A DNA stretch of 64,000 nt from Bacteroidales bacterium (GCA_016282015.1 JAEEJS010000042.1:41924-105923), one strand, 5' to 3'. Shown: positions 27,822 to 38,291, counted from the stretch's first letter. Numbers and translations are program-made. The notes: generated by a model from the letters alone, not told the origin.

Positions 27822-30298
27822 ATCGGGTCAACATCAATTGAAATTGAAACCGCCTTATAATCGTTGAGGTGTTTGAACGCGTCGATTTCCGATTTGATGA
27901 TTTCCTTGATTTTATTGGAATTCTCATTGCGGTCAAACTTAATGAGGATCTGTTTGATGTATTGATTCTTTATTCTCGACACCACAGGATACTCTGGACC
28001 GAGGAGGTTGTGCTTGAACACCGGACGCAGATGTTTTGCGAAGTATTCGGCCGCTTTGTTGAGCTTCTCATAGTCGACATGACGCAGTCTGATCAGTATC
28101 AGGCGGTAATAAGGCGGATAGCAGAACTGCCTGCGTATAGGCATCTGCTCTTCGTAGAAGCGTATAAAGTCATGGTTGACAACGTTCATTATGACCGGAT
28201 GTGTGGGCTGGTAGGTTTGTATGATTACCTTGCCCTTCTCCCCTTTTCGGCCTGCGCGTCCGCTAACCTGTTCCATAAGCTGAAAACTGCGCTCGTAAGC
28301 CCTGAAATCGGGGAATGAGAGCATATTGTCGGCATCAAGTATACCCACCGTCTTGACGCAGTCGAAATCGAGGCCCTTGGTGACCATTTGGGTGCCCACC
28401 AGCACGTCGGTCTCGCGGTTTTTGAACTGGTCGAGGATAAACTGGTAGGAGTTTTTCGACCTCGTGGTGTCGAGGTCGAGGCGAGCGCAGCGAGCCTCGG
28501 GAATAAGAATCTTCAAGTCTTCCTCTACGCGCTCTGTGCCGAAGCCGTGCATCTTAAGGTCGGTACTGTGGCATGACGGGCATTCCGAGGGCACCGACAT
28601 GGTGTAGCCGCAGTAGTGGCATTTCATTATGTTCTGAGCTTTATGGTATGTCATTGAGACATCGCAGTTGACGCACTGCGGCACCCAGTGGCATACGCCG
28701 CATTCCAAGCGCAGAGAGAAACCCCTTCGGTTTTGGAACAATATGACCTGGTTTTTATTGTCTAGGGTGTTTTTCATGGCGTCCACCAGCACGCTGCCGA
28801 AGTTGGCCTGCATCAGCTTGCGGCGGCGCTCCACCCGCATGTCGTCGACAATGATCTCGGGCATCTCCACCCCTCCGTAACGCTCCGTCAGCTCAACCAG
28901 ATGGTAGCGACCCTGTCGTGCGTTGTAGTAGCTCTCAAACGATGGCGTAGCCGAGCCGAGCACTATGTCGGCCCCGTGAAAGCGGGCCAAAACCATGCTC
29001 AGGTCGCGGGCATTGTAACGCGGAGCCGGGTCTATCTGCTTGAACGAAGTGTCGTGCTCCTCGTCCACTATAATCAGGCCGAGATTGGAAAACGGTAGTA
29101 GAATAGACGAGCGCGAACCTATAATAACCTGATATTTTTCACTATTTGTACGTTCAAAATCCATCACCTGCTCCCAAATCTCCACCCTTTCCATATCGCT
29201 GTAACGCGAATGATACACTCCCACCCTGTCGCCGAAATATTTCTTCAAACGATTGATAATCTGCTCGGTGAGAGCTATCTCAGGCAGCAGATAAAGCACC
29301 TGACGGCCCTTGTCTAGGGCTTCCTGAATGAGTTTGATGTATATCTCCGTCTTGCCGGACGATGTGACACCATGCAGCAGCACCGGTTTGGTCTCTTTAA
29401 AACCCTGGTGTATGCCGTCAAAAGCGGCCTGTTGTTTCTCAGTCAACTGAATGGAATCCACATCGGTCAAGGCCTTGAAACTCTTCAGGCGGCTTACTTT
29501 TTTCATATAGGTTACAAACACCCCCTTGTCGACCAAAGCCTTCAGAACCGTGCTGTTGGCATTGGCCTTATGCATCAAATCCGACGCCAACACGTCGTTT
29601 TCCTGACTTCCTCCGAGTACATAAAAAGACATCAGCAGCTCCAGCTGTTTATAGGCCCTCTTGTTGAGGTTGTCCATCAGCTCGTGCATCTTTTCTTCAT
29701 CCTTGTATTCCTCGGACAATCCCACATAACGCTCATATTTTGCCTTGAATTTCCGGTCAAGTTCCTCCTCCATCACCACTATCCCTCGTTCTATCATCGT
29801 CTTGATCAGAGGCATAACCTTTTTGTAGCCGATTATCTTGCTCACCTCGCTTATTGTAAGTTTGGGCTGAACCTGCAAGGCTTCAACTATGAGATACTCG
29901 AAGTCGTTGAGTGTCATGGTGTCCAACTCAAAATCCTCCGACAGTCTGATTTTCGACTCGCTCGAAAGCTTCATGGCAGAAGGCAAGGCCGCCTGCATCA
30001 CCTCACCCTCGTAGCAGAGGTAGTAATCACAAATCCACTGCCACAGTTTAAACTGCATGGCGTTGACCACCGGATGATCGTCTAGTATGCCTAGTATGTA
30101 TTTAACCTGCTCAAACTCAGGCACTTGCTCAGTCACCTCGCTCACCAACCCGGACATAATCTTCGCCTTGCCGAACTGCACCACCACGCGCTGCCCGACA
30201 CACACACTGTCGTTGAGTTCCATAGGCACACGATAGGTGAACGTGCCCGGTACCGGCAACGGCAGAATCACTTTGACGAAGAGGGTCTTTCTTTCCAT
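27818..30298 (-). CDS. priA: primosomal protein N' (replication restart helicase PriA)
   Basis: Walker A 'LLHGVTSSGKTE', 'IIVDEEHD', and the Cys-rich zinc region 'CGVCHWVPQCVNCDVSMTYHK...CHYCGY...CPSC'. Confidence 0.95.
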   Translation of the reverse strand: MERKTLFVKVILPLPVPGTFTYRVPMELNDSVCVGQRVVVQFGKAKIMSGLVSEVTEQVPEFEQVKYILGILDDHPVVNAMQFKLWQWICDYYLCYEGEVMQAALPSAMKLSSESKIRLSEDFELDTMTLNDFEYLIVEALQVQPKLTISEVSKIIGYKKVMPLIKTMIERGIVVMEEELDRKFKAKYERYVGLSEEYKDEEKMHELMDNLNKRAYKQLELLMSFYVLGGSQENDVLASDLMHKANANSTVLKALVDKGVFVTYMKKVSRLKSFKALTDVDSIQLTEKQQAAFDGIHQGFKETKPVLLHGVTSSGKTEIYIKLIQEALDKGRQVLYLLPEIALTEQIINRLKKYFGDRVGVYHSRYSDMERVEIWEQVMDFERTNSEKYQVIIGSRSSILLPFSNLGLIIVDEEHDTSFKQIDPAPRYNARDLSMVLARFHGADIVLGSATPSFESYYNARQGRYHLVELTERYGGVEMPEIIVDDMRVERRRKLMQANFGSVLVDAMKNTLDNKNQVILFQNRRGFSLRLECGVCHWVPQCVNCDVSMTYHKAQNIMKCHYCGYTMSVPSECPSCHSTDLKMHGFGTERVEEDLKILIPEARCARLDLDTTRSKNSYQFILDQFKNRETDVLVGTQMVTKGLDFDCVKTVGILDADNMLSFPDFRAYERSFQLMEQVSGRAGRKGEKGKVIIQTYQPTHPVIMNVVNHDFIRFYEEQMPIRRQFCYPPYYRLILIRLRHVDYEKLNKAAEYFAKHLRPVFKHNLLGPEYPVVSRIKNQYIKQILIKFDRNENSNKIKEIIKSEIDAFKHLNDYKAVSISIDVDPI

Positions 30299-30348
30299 TT
30301 TTAATAAACCTGTATAATCAGCGTTCTCTGTGTGAGATTAATGAATAA

Positions 30349-30356
30349 CAAAATTA
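30349..30356 (-). promoter_or_regulatory. candidate -7 box (TAnnTTTG) for priA
   Basis: Plus-strand 'caaaatta' = minus-strand TAATTTTG, 50 nt upstream of ATG 30298. Confidence 0.35.
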
Positions 30357-30379
30357 GTGTTTTTTTTGAAATTTTTTAT

Positions 30380-30387
30380 TATTTTTG
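30380..30387 (+). promoter_or_regulatory. candidate -7 box (TAnnTTTG) for the 30410 gene
   Basis: 'TATTTTTG' 22 nt upstream of ATG 30410. Confidence 0.45.
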
Positions 30388-30409
30388 AAAAATTAAATCT
30401 GATTATTAT

Positions 30410-31678
30410 ATGAGAGCCAAATTGCTGATAATCATATTGTTAATCATCGGAACCACGGTTTCGGCACAAACTCTGGAGCCGTTTTCCGACATGAATTACC
30501 GGGACGATGTACAGACAGTGCTGTTGCATCCAACCGATTTCGACCTCGACAAACCGGTGATTTACATTACCAACATGAAGGAACAGCTGCATCTGCAGTT
30601 CGACATTTTTGCAGACGAAGCCCCCTATCTTTATTACACTTTCATTCATTGCGACAACCAGTGGCGGCCTACCGACCTGCCCAAAAACGATTATATCAAC
30701 GGATTTTTCCAGGACGACATAGACGATTTCAAATTCTCGCTCAACACCTTTGTCAATTACGTGCATTACGACCTGCTCTTCCCTCAGGAAGACATGATGC
30801 CAAAGATTTCGGGCAACTACATCCTGATGGTGACAGGCGAGAATCCTGACGATGTCTATTTCACCCGCCGTTTCTATGTGGTGGAAGACCTGGCCATAAT
30901 CAAAGCCACCATGCCCCGCTATCCTTTCGACCTCAACCTTGGCCCCAACAAACAGGAGGTCGACCTGGACATAGCCTTCCCCGACATGTTCAATACACGC
31001 GCCAGCCAGTACTGCAATGTAACCATTCAGCAGAACGGCCGCTGGGACAACGCTGTTTTCGGTTTGAAACCGACGTATACCTATCCCGAAAAACTCTCAT
31101 ATATCAACAATCCAAAAACTGTTTTTGAATCGGGAAATCAGTTTCTCCGCATCAACACCAGCAACTTCGAGAACCGTCCTGAAAAGACCAAGACGGTTTA
31201 CCGCGAACAGGACTACTATGTGGTTACCCTTTACGACGATGCCATCCGCAACACTCACACCTATCTGGAGGATCAGGATTTGTTCGGCGAGAAGTACGTC
31301 TATCTGGAACGGGAAGGCTATGACGCCACCAAGGAAGCCGACTACGCCATGGTCGATTTCTTCCTTAACTGGCCTCAGTATATGATTGGAAAGGATGTCT
31401 ATATCATCGGAGCTATCACCGACTGGCGCATGGACGACAATGCCAAGATGAAGTACGACCCCGACAGACGCGGTTACAGCAAGGGGCTGCTTCTCAAACA
31501 GGGCTACTACGACTATATGTATGCCGTGCACGACAACGAAACCGGCATCACCTCGGTGGCGCCTATCAACGGCGATTTCTGGGAGACTACCAATATGTAC
31601 CACATTTTTGTATACCTTTTCGACCCGATTGAGAATTACGACAAACTGATAGGGTACGCTACAATTAGGTCGCATTAG
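30410..31678 (+). CDS. secreted protein, probably DUF5103 / type IX secretion 'plug' family
   Basis: Signal peptide. 'VQTVLLHP...PVIYITNMKEQLHLQFDIFADEAPYLYYTFIHCDNQWRPTDLPKNDYINGF...ISGNYILMV' matches my recollection of the DUF5103 pattern (…HC..DW..S.L...EYl.Gf…SGNY). Recalled, not verified. Confidence 0.45.
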   Translation: MRAKLLIIILLIIGTTVSAQTLEPFSDMNYRDDVQTVLLHPTDFDLDKPVIYITNMKEQLHLQFDIFADEAPYLYYTFIHCDNQWRPTDLPKNDYINGFFQDDIDDFKFSLNTFVNYVHYDLLFPQEDMMPKISGNYILMVTGENPDDVYFTRRFYVVEDLAIIKATMPRYPFDLNLGPNKQEVDLDIAFPDMFNTRASQYCNVTIQQNGRWDNAVFGLKPTYTYPEKLSYINNPKTVFESGNQFLRINTSNFENRPEKTKTVYREQDYYVVTLYDDAIRNTHTYLEDQDLFGEKYVYLEREGYDATKEADYAMVDFFLNWPQYMIGKDVYIIGAITDWRMDDNAKMKYDPDRRGYSKGLLLKQGYYDYMYAVHDNETGITSVAPINGDFWETTNMYHIFVYLFDPIENYDKLIGYATIRSH

Positions 31679-31696
31679 TTTGGAAGTGACAAGTTT

Positions 31697-32665
31697 ATGA
31701 AGCGATTGACAATTACAATACTGGTATTGCTGATTATAGTTTCCTGCGGGAGGATACCGCGGAAAATCGAGTACTCCGGCATTACTCAGGGCTCCTACTT
31801 CGCCATCACTTATTATGATGAGGCAGGCAGGACATTTGAAGCTGAAATAGACTCCATTTTCAAAGAAGTGGACAATTCCGTTTCACTTTGGAACGAAAAT
31901 TCCATCATCCGCAAGGTAAACCGCAACGAAGATGTGGTTGTAAACCAAATCTTTAAAGACAATTTCGAGTGGGCACGCAAGGCCTCCGAGTTTTCGGATG
32001 GCGCCTTCGACGCAACCATAGGCCCATTGGTTTCAGCCTGGGGGTTCCATTACAAAAAAGAGCTTAAGATGACACCCCAGATGGTTGACTCCATCCGTCA
32101 GCTTGTAGATTACCGGAAAATCCAAATAATCGACAACAAAGTGGTCAAGGCCAACCCCAACATGACTCTCGATTTCAATGCCGTGGCACAGGGATACACT
32201 GCCGATATCATAAGCAAATATTTGGAAACCAAAGGTATAGAAAATTATCTTGTCAACGTTGGGGGTGAGATTATGGTGAAAGGCACCAAACCTCATGGCC
32301 AGATGTGGACCATAGGCATTGAAAAGCCGGCCGAGAACTTCGATTCAGAGCAGTCGGTACAGATGAAACTTCAGCTGAAGGACAAAGGCATAGTCACATC
32401 CGGCAACTACCGAAAATATATCGAAAAAGACGGTGTGCGCTATTCCCACAGCATAGACCCTAAAACAGGCTATCCGGTCGAGCAAAACCTGCTCAGCGTC
32501 ACCATAATAGCCGACAACGCCTCCTGGGCCGACTGCCTTGCCACCGTCTGCATGATAGTGGGTAAAGAGAAAGCCTCGCAGCTGCTTGCTTCACAAGACG
32601 GCCTTGAGGCTTATTTTATATTTGTCGAAGACGGAAAGATTCTCACCGAATCATTTCCCCGTTGA
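31697..32665 (+). CDS. apbE: FAD:protein FMN transferase (ApbE family) lipoprotein
   Basis: Lipobox 'LIIVSCG', 'GAFDATIGPLVSAWGF', 'DFNAVAQGYTAD', 'GNYRKYIEKDGVRYSHSIDPKTGYP'. Confidence 0.9.
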   Translation: MKRLTITILVLLIIVSCGRIPRKIEYSGITQGSYFAITYYDEAGRTFEAEIDSIFKEVDNSVSLWNENSIIRKVNRNEDVVVNQIFKDNFEWARKASEFSDGAFDATIGPLVSAWGFHYKKELKMTPQMVDSIRQLVDYRKIQIIDNKVVKANPNMTLDFNAVAQGYTADIISKYLETKGIENYLVNVGGEIMVKGTKPHGQMWTIGIEKPAENFDSEQSVQMKLQLKDKGIVTSGNYRKYIEKDGVRYSHSIDPKTGYPVEQNLLSVTIIADNASWADCLATVCMIVGKEKASQLLASQDGLEAYFIFVEDGKILTESFPR

Positions 32666-32857
32666 CTCCGAGTTTTCCAACTGATTATTCGGACACATCC
32701 ACTCTTCTCCTCCGCAGATGCATTTGGCATCAGGGTCTAACGAATGAACGCATTTCCGTTCAAATCTGCCGTTTTTCTTGACAATACTCTTGATTCCTAT
32801 CGCCGCCAACGCCAACAGGATCAAAAACAGAGTCGGAATCAGAAATACCCAGAGCAT
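32651..32857 (-). CDS. 68-aa single-TM, Cys-rich small membrane protein (possible NqrM/DUF539-like maturation factor)
   Basis: ATG at 32857 overlaps the tyrS TAA (TAATG); the track's 32866 start is a TTG. Sequence: [58 protein letters not shown].... The 3' end overlaps the apbE 3' end by 15 nt on the opposite strand. Confidence 0.5.
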   Translation of the reverse strand: MLWVFLIPTLFLILLALAAIGIKSIVKKNGRFERKCVHSLDPDAKCICGGEEWMCPNNQLENSESTGK

Positions 32858-34152
32858 TATTCGCAAACTATCAGATAATAGTTCTTCTTGCCCTTCTGCA
32901 CAAGTATGTACTTGCCGTTGAGCAGGTCGTCGGAGCCCATGGTCTTCTGCTCAGTGACTTTATCCTTGTTGACCGACACTCCGTTGCCCTGCACCATCTT
33001 ACGGGCCTCACCCTTTGACGGGAACACTCCAGTCTGAACGAGGAAGTCGACTATGCCGACGCCTGCTCCGAGAGCGTCTTTCGAGAAAGTGGCCTGAGGC
33101 ACTCCCTCAAATATGCTCAACAGGGTCTTCTCATCAAATTTGTGCAATGCCTCGGCTGTGCCTTTGCCGAAGAGTATCTGTGTGGCTTCTTCAGCCATCT
33201 CAAGGTCTTCTTTAGAGTGAACCACCAGTGTGAGCTCACGTGCCAAAGTGCGCTGCAGTTCGCGCAGATGCGGCTCGGCTGTGTGACGTGCTATTAAAGC
33301 ATCTATTTCGTCTTTCTTCAACAAGGTGAATATCTTGATGTAACGTGCTGCGTCCTCGTCGGTGCAGTTCATCCAGAACTGGTAGAAAGCGTACGGTGAG
33401 GTCTTCTCCGGATCAAGCCAGATGTTACCTTTCTCTGTCTTGCCGAACTTGCCGCCGTCAGCCTTGGTGATGAGGTTGCATGTGAGTGCGAAAGCCTCTT
33501 TGTCAGCACCGAGCTTACGACGGATGAGCTCTGTACCGGTGGTGATGTTACCCCACTGGTCGGAGCCGCCCATCTGAAGTTTGCAGTTCTTGTGCTCAAA
33601 CAGATAGAGGAAATCGTAGCCCTGAACCAGCTGGTAGCTGAACTCTGTGAATGACATGCCTTCGCCTTCGCCGTTGAAACGTTTCTTCACCGAATCCTTC
33701 GCCATCATGTAGTTGACGGTGATGTGCTTGCCGATGTCGCGGATGAAATGCAAGAAAGTGTAATCCTTCATCCAGTCGTAGTTGTTGACAAGCTCAGCAC
33801 GGTTAGGCTGGTCGCTGTCGAAATCGAGGAACTTGGCCAACTGCTTCTTAATGCAAGCCTGGTTGTGCTGTAATGTCTCGTCGTTCAACAAGTTACGTTC
33901 AGCCGATTTGCCCGAAGGGTCTCCGATCATGCCTGTAGCGCCACCGAGCAATGCCAACGGCTTATGGCCGGCAGCCTGAAAATGACGCAGCATCATGATG
34001 CCGCAGAGGTGTCCGATATGCAGTGAGTCGGCGGTCGGGTCAATGCCGAGGTAAGCCGTGGTCATCTCTTTCTTCAACTGTTCTTCTGTGCCTGGGGTCA
34101 TGTTGTTCAACATTCCGCGCCAGCGCAATTCTTCTACGAAATCTTCCTTCAT
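32857..34152 (-). CDS. tyrS: tyrosine--tRNA ligase
   Basis: 'DSLHIGHL' (HIGH), 'KFGKT' (KMSKS-type), C-terminal S4-like domain. Confidence 0.95.
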   Translation of the reverse strand: MKEDFVEELRWRGMLNNMTPGTEEQLKKEMTTAYLGIDPTADSLHIGHLCGIMMLRHFQAAGHKPLALLGGATGMIGDPSGKSAERNLLNDETLQHNQACIKKQLAKFLDFDSDQPNRAELVNNYDWMKDYTFLHFIRDIGKHITVNYMMAKDSVKKRFNGEGEGMSFTEFSYQLVQGYDFLYLFEHKNCKLQMGGSDQWGNITTGTELIRRKLGADKEAFALTCNLITKADGGKFGKTEKGNIWLDPEKTSPYAFYQFWMNCTDEDAARYIKIFTLLKKDEIDALIARHTAEPHLRELQRTLARELTLVVHSKEDLEMAEEATQILFGKGTAEALHKFDEKTLLSIFEGVPQATFSKDALGAGVGIVDFLVQTGVFPSKGEARKMVQGNGVSVNKDKVTEQKTMGSDDLLNGKYILVQKGKKNYYLIVCE

Positions 34153-34177
34153 CGTATGTTTTCATTAAAATTTCGTG

Positions 34178-34185
34178 CAAAAATA
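34178..34185 (-). promoter_or_regulatory. candidate -7 box (TAnnTTTG) for tyrS
   Basis: Plus-strand 'caaaaata' = minus-strand TATTTTTG, 25 nt upstream of ATG 34152. Confidence 0.4.
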
Positions 34186-34217
34186 ATTAAAAATATCATG
34201 CATTGCCTAAAAAAACT

Positions 34218-34225
34218 TAATTTTG
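34218..34225 (+). promoter_or_regulatory. candidate -7 box (TAnnTTTG) for the acyltransferase array
   Basis: 'TAATTTTG' 20 nt upstream of ATG 34246. It lies inside the track ORF that starts at 34156. Confidence 0.5.
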
Positions 34226-34245
34226 CAACTCGTAGCATTCAAAAA

Positions 34246-35553
34246 ATGAAGGAGCTTATAAAAAAATCGCTTTGTATAGTCACTGTCATGCTCTTGTCGG
34301 CATTGTTTTTGCAGACAACATGGCATTTTTCTGATTATATGAAACTGAAAAACGACTCCAAAAGCTGTGAAAAACCGAAACTGACATTTAAAAACTATTG
34401 CGACGGCACTTTTCAGAAACAAGTCGACGATTATCTGAGGGAAAACTATGCTACGCGGGCAATAGTCATACGCACTCGCAACCAATACGACTACACTTTT
34501 AAGAATAAGAAGACCTGCATCCCTTTTTTATTACCGGGAAAAGACAACTGGATGTATTACCGGCCGGGTGTGCTCGACTATTATGGATTGGAAGCTCCGG
34601 TACATTTCAAGTCAGATCAGGAATTAAGAGATTTTGTTAACAATCAAGTGGATATGCTCAATGAGCTGAGAGGCATCCTGAAAAACGATTACGGCATCGA
34701 GATTCTTTCGTTTATCGGTCCCGACAAGCCTTTCATCTATCCGGAGCATCTTCCGGAGATGGAACGCGACACCACCATGGGCAACGCCGCCGATTATTTC
34801 GCGCAGCGTTTTGCAGAAACAGGATTCCCGAATATCGACATGAAGCCGTGGTACCAAGCCATCGCCGACACCTCACGCCGTCTGCTTTTCATGCCGATGG
34901 ACTCGCATTGGCAATACGCCAGCGTATGGGGTTACGACTCGCTCTTCAGATTTATGAACAGCCTCAACGATTTCGGAATACCGCAGATGAAAATAAACGG
35001 AATCAAAGAAAGCAAGTTCAAAGGCCGGCAGGACGACGAGGCAACGCTCAACCTGCTGTTCAAAGTACCTAACCACACCCCTCTATACACAGCCGACATC
35101 AGCGTGATAAGCGACAGCACAAGCCGTAAACCGAGAGTACTGTTTGTGGGCGACTCGTTCATTTTCGCCTATGAATGGCTGATTCCTAAAAAAGAAATAA
35201 CTTCATATTACGAGAACTGGTTTTATTACGACAATGTTTATAAAGGCTTTGACAAAAAACAAAAATACAAGATTAAAGATATAAACAGGTTGAGAAGCAT
35301 CCTAGATGTCGATTTCATCGTTGTATATTCCGTTGGTTATCAATGGTATCTCGGCACAAGAGGTTTTGTTGAAGATGCCTTGGAGAGCATCAAAGACCCT
35401 TACCAGGTGAAGGTGGCACAGACGATGAACCGCATTGGAAAAGACCCATCATGGATGAAGCTGATAAGAGATAAAGCCCAAGACAAAGGCTTCACCGTCG
35501 AGAAGATGCTCGAGCTTGACGCAAAATGGATTATTGAACATGAAAACAAATAG
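34246..35553 (+). CDS. AlgJ/AlgX-like (permuted SGNH, DxHW-type) membrane-anchored O-acyltransferase partner, paralog 1
   Basis: N-terminal TM anchor, then 'KPKLTFKNYCDGTFQKQVDDYLRENY', 'GKDNWMYY', 'PDKPFIYPEHLP', 'MDSHW' (Asp-x-His) and a later 'VGDSF' (Ser). The motif order matches the AlgJ/AlgX triad. Confidence 0.65.
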   Translation: MKELIKKSLCIVTVMLLSALFLQTTWHFSDYMKLKNDSKSCEKPKLTFKNYCDGTFQKQVDDYLRENYATRAIVIRTRNQYDYTFKNKKTCIPFLLPGKDNWMYYRPGVLDYYGLEAPVHFKSDQELRDFVNNQVDMLNELRGILKNDYGIEILSFIGPDKPFIYPEHLPEMERDTTMGNAADYFAQRFAETGFPNIDMKPWYQAIADTSRRLLFMPMDSHWQYASVWGYDSLFRFMNSLNDFGIPQMKINGIKESKFKGRQDDEATLNLLFKVPNHTPLYTADISVISDSTSRKPRVLFVGDSFIFAYEWLIPKKEITSYYENWFYYDNVYKGFDKKQKYKIKDINRLRSILDVDFIVVYSVGYQWYLGTRGFVEDALESIKDPYQVKVAQTMNRIGKDPSWMKLIRDKAQDKGFTVEKMLELDAKWIIEHENK

Positions 35554-35555
35554 AT

Positions 35556-36974
35556 ATGGTATTTAGCAGCAACGTTTTTCTTTTATATTTTCTTCCGCTT
35601 TTTCTGATATGCTATTTTATATGTCCGAAAAAGTTTAGAAACTACGTGATTTTATTGTTCTCGATAGTGTTTTACGCCTACGGTGCACCCGATTTTATAC
35701 TTTACCTTCTTGGCTCAACCGTCGCCAACTTCTATTTGGTGAAGATGATGCGTAAAACAGAAAAACCGGGACTCAAGAAACTGCATTGCGCCTTGGCGAT
35801 AATTGTAAGTTTAGGGCTGTTGGTCTATTACAAATACGCCAACTTCCTGATTGACAACATCAACACACTCATCGGCATTTTCGGTACCAACGCCATCAGG
35901 ATGGCAAAGGTGCTGCTCCCGATAGGCATCTCGTTCTTCACATTCCAGTCGATAACATACGTGATTGACACATATCGCGGCAACAACGAGCCGATGGAGA
36001 AGCTCACCGACTATATCGTTTACATCATGATGTTCCCGCAATTAATCGCCGGCCCTATCGTGCGCTATTGTGACATCGAAGGTGAGATACGTCACCGCGA
36101 ATACAGTGCGCAAGAGTTTTTGCAAGGATTCAACCGATTTGTAATCGGTTTGTCGAAAAAAGTACTTATAGCCGATGTTATCGGTTTCCAAGTTGACCAA
36201 CTACTTGCTGGAGACTTTTCTATCATGGACAGCGGCACCGCATGGATTACCATTGCAGCCTATACCATGCAGCTATACTTCGATTTCGCAGGTTACTCCG
36301 ACATGGCCATCGGTATCGGTAAAATCATGGGATTCCATTTTCCGGAGAACTTCGACAACCCATATAACTCCGCGAGCATCACTGAGTTCTGGCGCCGCTG
36401 GCACATGACTCTCGGAGCATTCATGCGAAACTACCTTTATATACCGCTTGGCGGAAACCGCTGCTCGAAACGCCGTATGTACTTCAACCTCTGGGTGGTG
36501 TTCCTGCTCTCCGGATTGTGGCACGGCGCAAGCTGGAACTTCGTCATCTGGGGCGCCTACCACGGACTGTGGCTCGTGCTCGAGCGCATGGGGCTCAAGA
36601 AGTTCTACGAGGCAATCGGCAAGGCGCCAAGCGTCATCATCACGTTCATCATCGCGATGGTAGGATGGGCTATCTTCCGTATCGAAGACCTCAACCAAGC
36701 CTTCACCTTTATCGGACGACTCTTCGCCTTCGACTTCAGCACGTTCAGCATCAGCGCCGACGCACAATTCTACACCACACTCATCGTGGCGCTCTTGTTC
36801 TCGTTTATCGCACTCTTCCCATTCGGGAAGAAACTGCAGGATGCCGTATTCTATGAGGAGCACACCCTCACAGGCACCGTCATCCTTTGGGTCATCGCAA
36901 TCTTCATGTTACTCTTCTGCCTTGGCGCACTCAACGCCGCAGGTTTCAGCCCGTTCATCTATTTCAGATTCTAA
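35556..36974 (+). CDS. MBOAT-family membrane-bound O-acyltransferase (AlgI/DltB/PatA-like), copy 1
   Basis: Polytopic. 'LLPIGISFFTFQS', 'FPQLIAGPIVRY', 'YFDFAGYSDMAIG', 'FWRRWHMTL' (catalytic His), 'GLWHGASWNF'. Confidence 0.9.
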   Translation: MVFSSNVFLLYFLPLFLICYFICPKKFRNYVILLFSIVFYAYGAPDFILYLLGSTVANFYLVKMMRKTEKPGLKKLHCALAIIVSLGLLVYYKYANFLIDNINTLIGIFGTNAIRMAKVLLPIGISFFTFQSITYVIDTYRGNNEPMEKLTDYIVYIMMFPQLIAGPIVRYCDIEGEIRHREYSAQEFLQGFNRFVIGLSKKVLIADVIGFQVDQLLAGDFSIMDSGTAWITIAAYTMQLYFDFAGYSDMAIGIGKIMGFHFPENFDNPYNSASITEFWRRWHMTLGAFMRNYLYIPLGGNRCSKRRMYFNLWVVFLLSGLWHGASWNFVIWGAYHGLWLVLERMGLKKFYEAIGKAPSVIITFIIAMVGWAIFRIEDLNQAFTFIGRLFAFDFSTFSISADAQFYTTLIVALLFSFIALFPFGKKLQDAVFYEEHTLTGTVILWVIAIFMLLFCLGALNAAGFSPFIYFRF

Positions 36975-36980
36975 TTGGCA

Positions 36981-38291
36981 ATGAAGCGACTCCCCAACAT
37001 ATTTAGATTCGTAACCGTAGCGTTCTTTCTGATATTGATGCTGCAGACAGCGTTTCAGTTTATCAGCCTGAAGTCGCTGAAAGGCTTCACTAATAAGAAA
37101 GAAGCGCCGAAGTTTACCTACGAAAACTATGTAAAAGGCACTTTCCAAAAAGATTTTGAGGCTTACAACAAAGAGCGTTTCGGCTTCCGCGAATGGTCGC
37201 TGCGCCTTTACAACCAATATATCTGGAGCTGCTACCATAAGACACACAACGGCTGGATTGACATCGGTAAAGACGACTGGCTCTACGAAAGCGAGTTTGT
37301 GCGCGACCACTACGAAAGTATGATGTACAAATACACCAGCGACTCAACTGAGATGAAGCGCCGCTTCGACGAGACAGCGGAGAACCTTTTCAAGCTCCAG
37401 GAGATACTTAAAACACACGGCACATATATTTTCGTGAACATGATTCCGGGGAAAGACGTCATTTATCCGGAATATCTGCCAGAGAACACGAAATACACAC
37501 ACACTGACGGCATCCATGCCTATGACTATTACAAAAAACGCTTCGACGAACTCGGAGTGAACTACATCGACAACGTGGAATGGTTCAAACATCTGAAAGG
37601 CACCGTCGACTACCCGTTGTTCCCAAAGACCGGCACACACTGGTCGAACCTCGCCGCGACGTATGCTTTCGACAGCATCATGCGATACATGGAGTCGCTC
37701 AACGGAATGAACATGCTTAACGTGAACATCGGGGAGAAATACGCAGGCAAGGTACGGGAGCCCGACGATGACCTTGAACAACTGTTTAACCTTGCACTTC
37801 CGATAAGACCTAACAAGCATTATTATGCCGACGTGACGATAATTCCCGACACGACAGCCGTGAAACCTACGCTCATCACCATCGGCGACTCATATTTCTG
37901 GACAATTTCATACAATTTCAAGCTTAAACAGCTGTTCACAAGATATCCTTACTGGTATTACAACAGCACCATCTACTTCGACCCCGACAATAATTCTACG
38001 AAAGATATAAACCTTCTTCAAGAGATTTTCAATGCCGACTACATAATGCTAAACTACTGCACGGTACAACTTTACAAACTCGGCAACGGATTCATCGAAA
38101 ACGCAATGACACTTCTTTATGATGAAGAGACGCAAGCTCCAGTCAGTCAAGAGGTTATAAATATGATTCAGCATATCTATTCAGACAAAAATTGGCTCAA
38201 CGATATAAAAACCAAAGCGGAGAAAAACAAAATATCTTTGGAAAGACAGGTCGCACTTGACGCAAAATGGATGATCAATAATCAGCAATGA
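36981..38291 (+). CDS. AlgJ/AlgX-like partner, paralog 2 (Asp of DxHW replaced: 'GTHW')
   Basis: Same architecture as paralog 1: 'APKFTYENYVKGTFQKDFEAYNKERFGFR', 'GKDDWLY', 'PGKDVIYPEYLP', 'TGTHWSNL', 'IGDSY'. The track start at 36975 is a TTG; ATG is at 36981. Confidence 0.6.
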   Translation: MKRLPNIFRFVTVAFFLILMLQTAFQFISLKSLKGFTNKKEAPKFTYENYVKGTFQKDFEAYNKERFGFREWSLRLYNQYIWSCYHKTHNGWIDIGKDDWLYESEFVRDHYESMMYKYTSDSTEMKRRFDETAENLFKLQEILKTHGTYIFVNMIPGKDVIYPEYLPENTKYTHTDGIHAYDYYKKRFDELGVNYIDNVEWFKHLKGTVDYPLFPKTGTHWSNLAATYAFDSIMRYMESLNGMNMLNVNIGEKYAGKVREPDDDLEQLFNLALPIRPNKHYYADVTIIPDTTAVKPTLITIGDSYFWTISYNFKLKQLFTRYPYWYYNSTIYFDPDNNSTKDINLLQEIFNADYIMLNYCTVQLYKLGNGFIENAMTLLYDEETQAPVSQEVINMIQHIYSDKNWLNDIKTKAEKNKISLERQVALDAKWMINNQQ

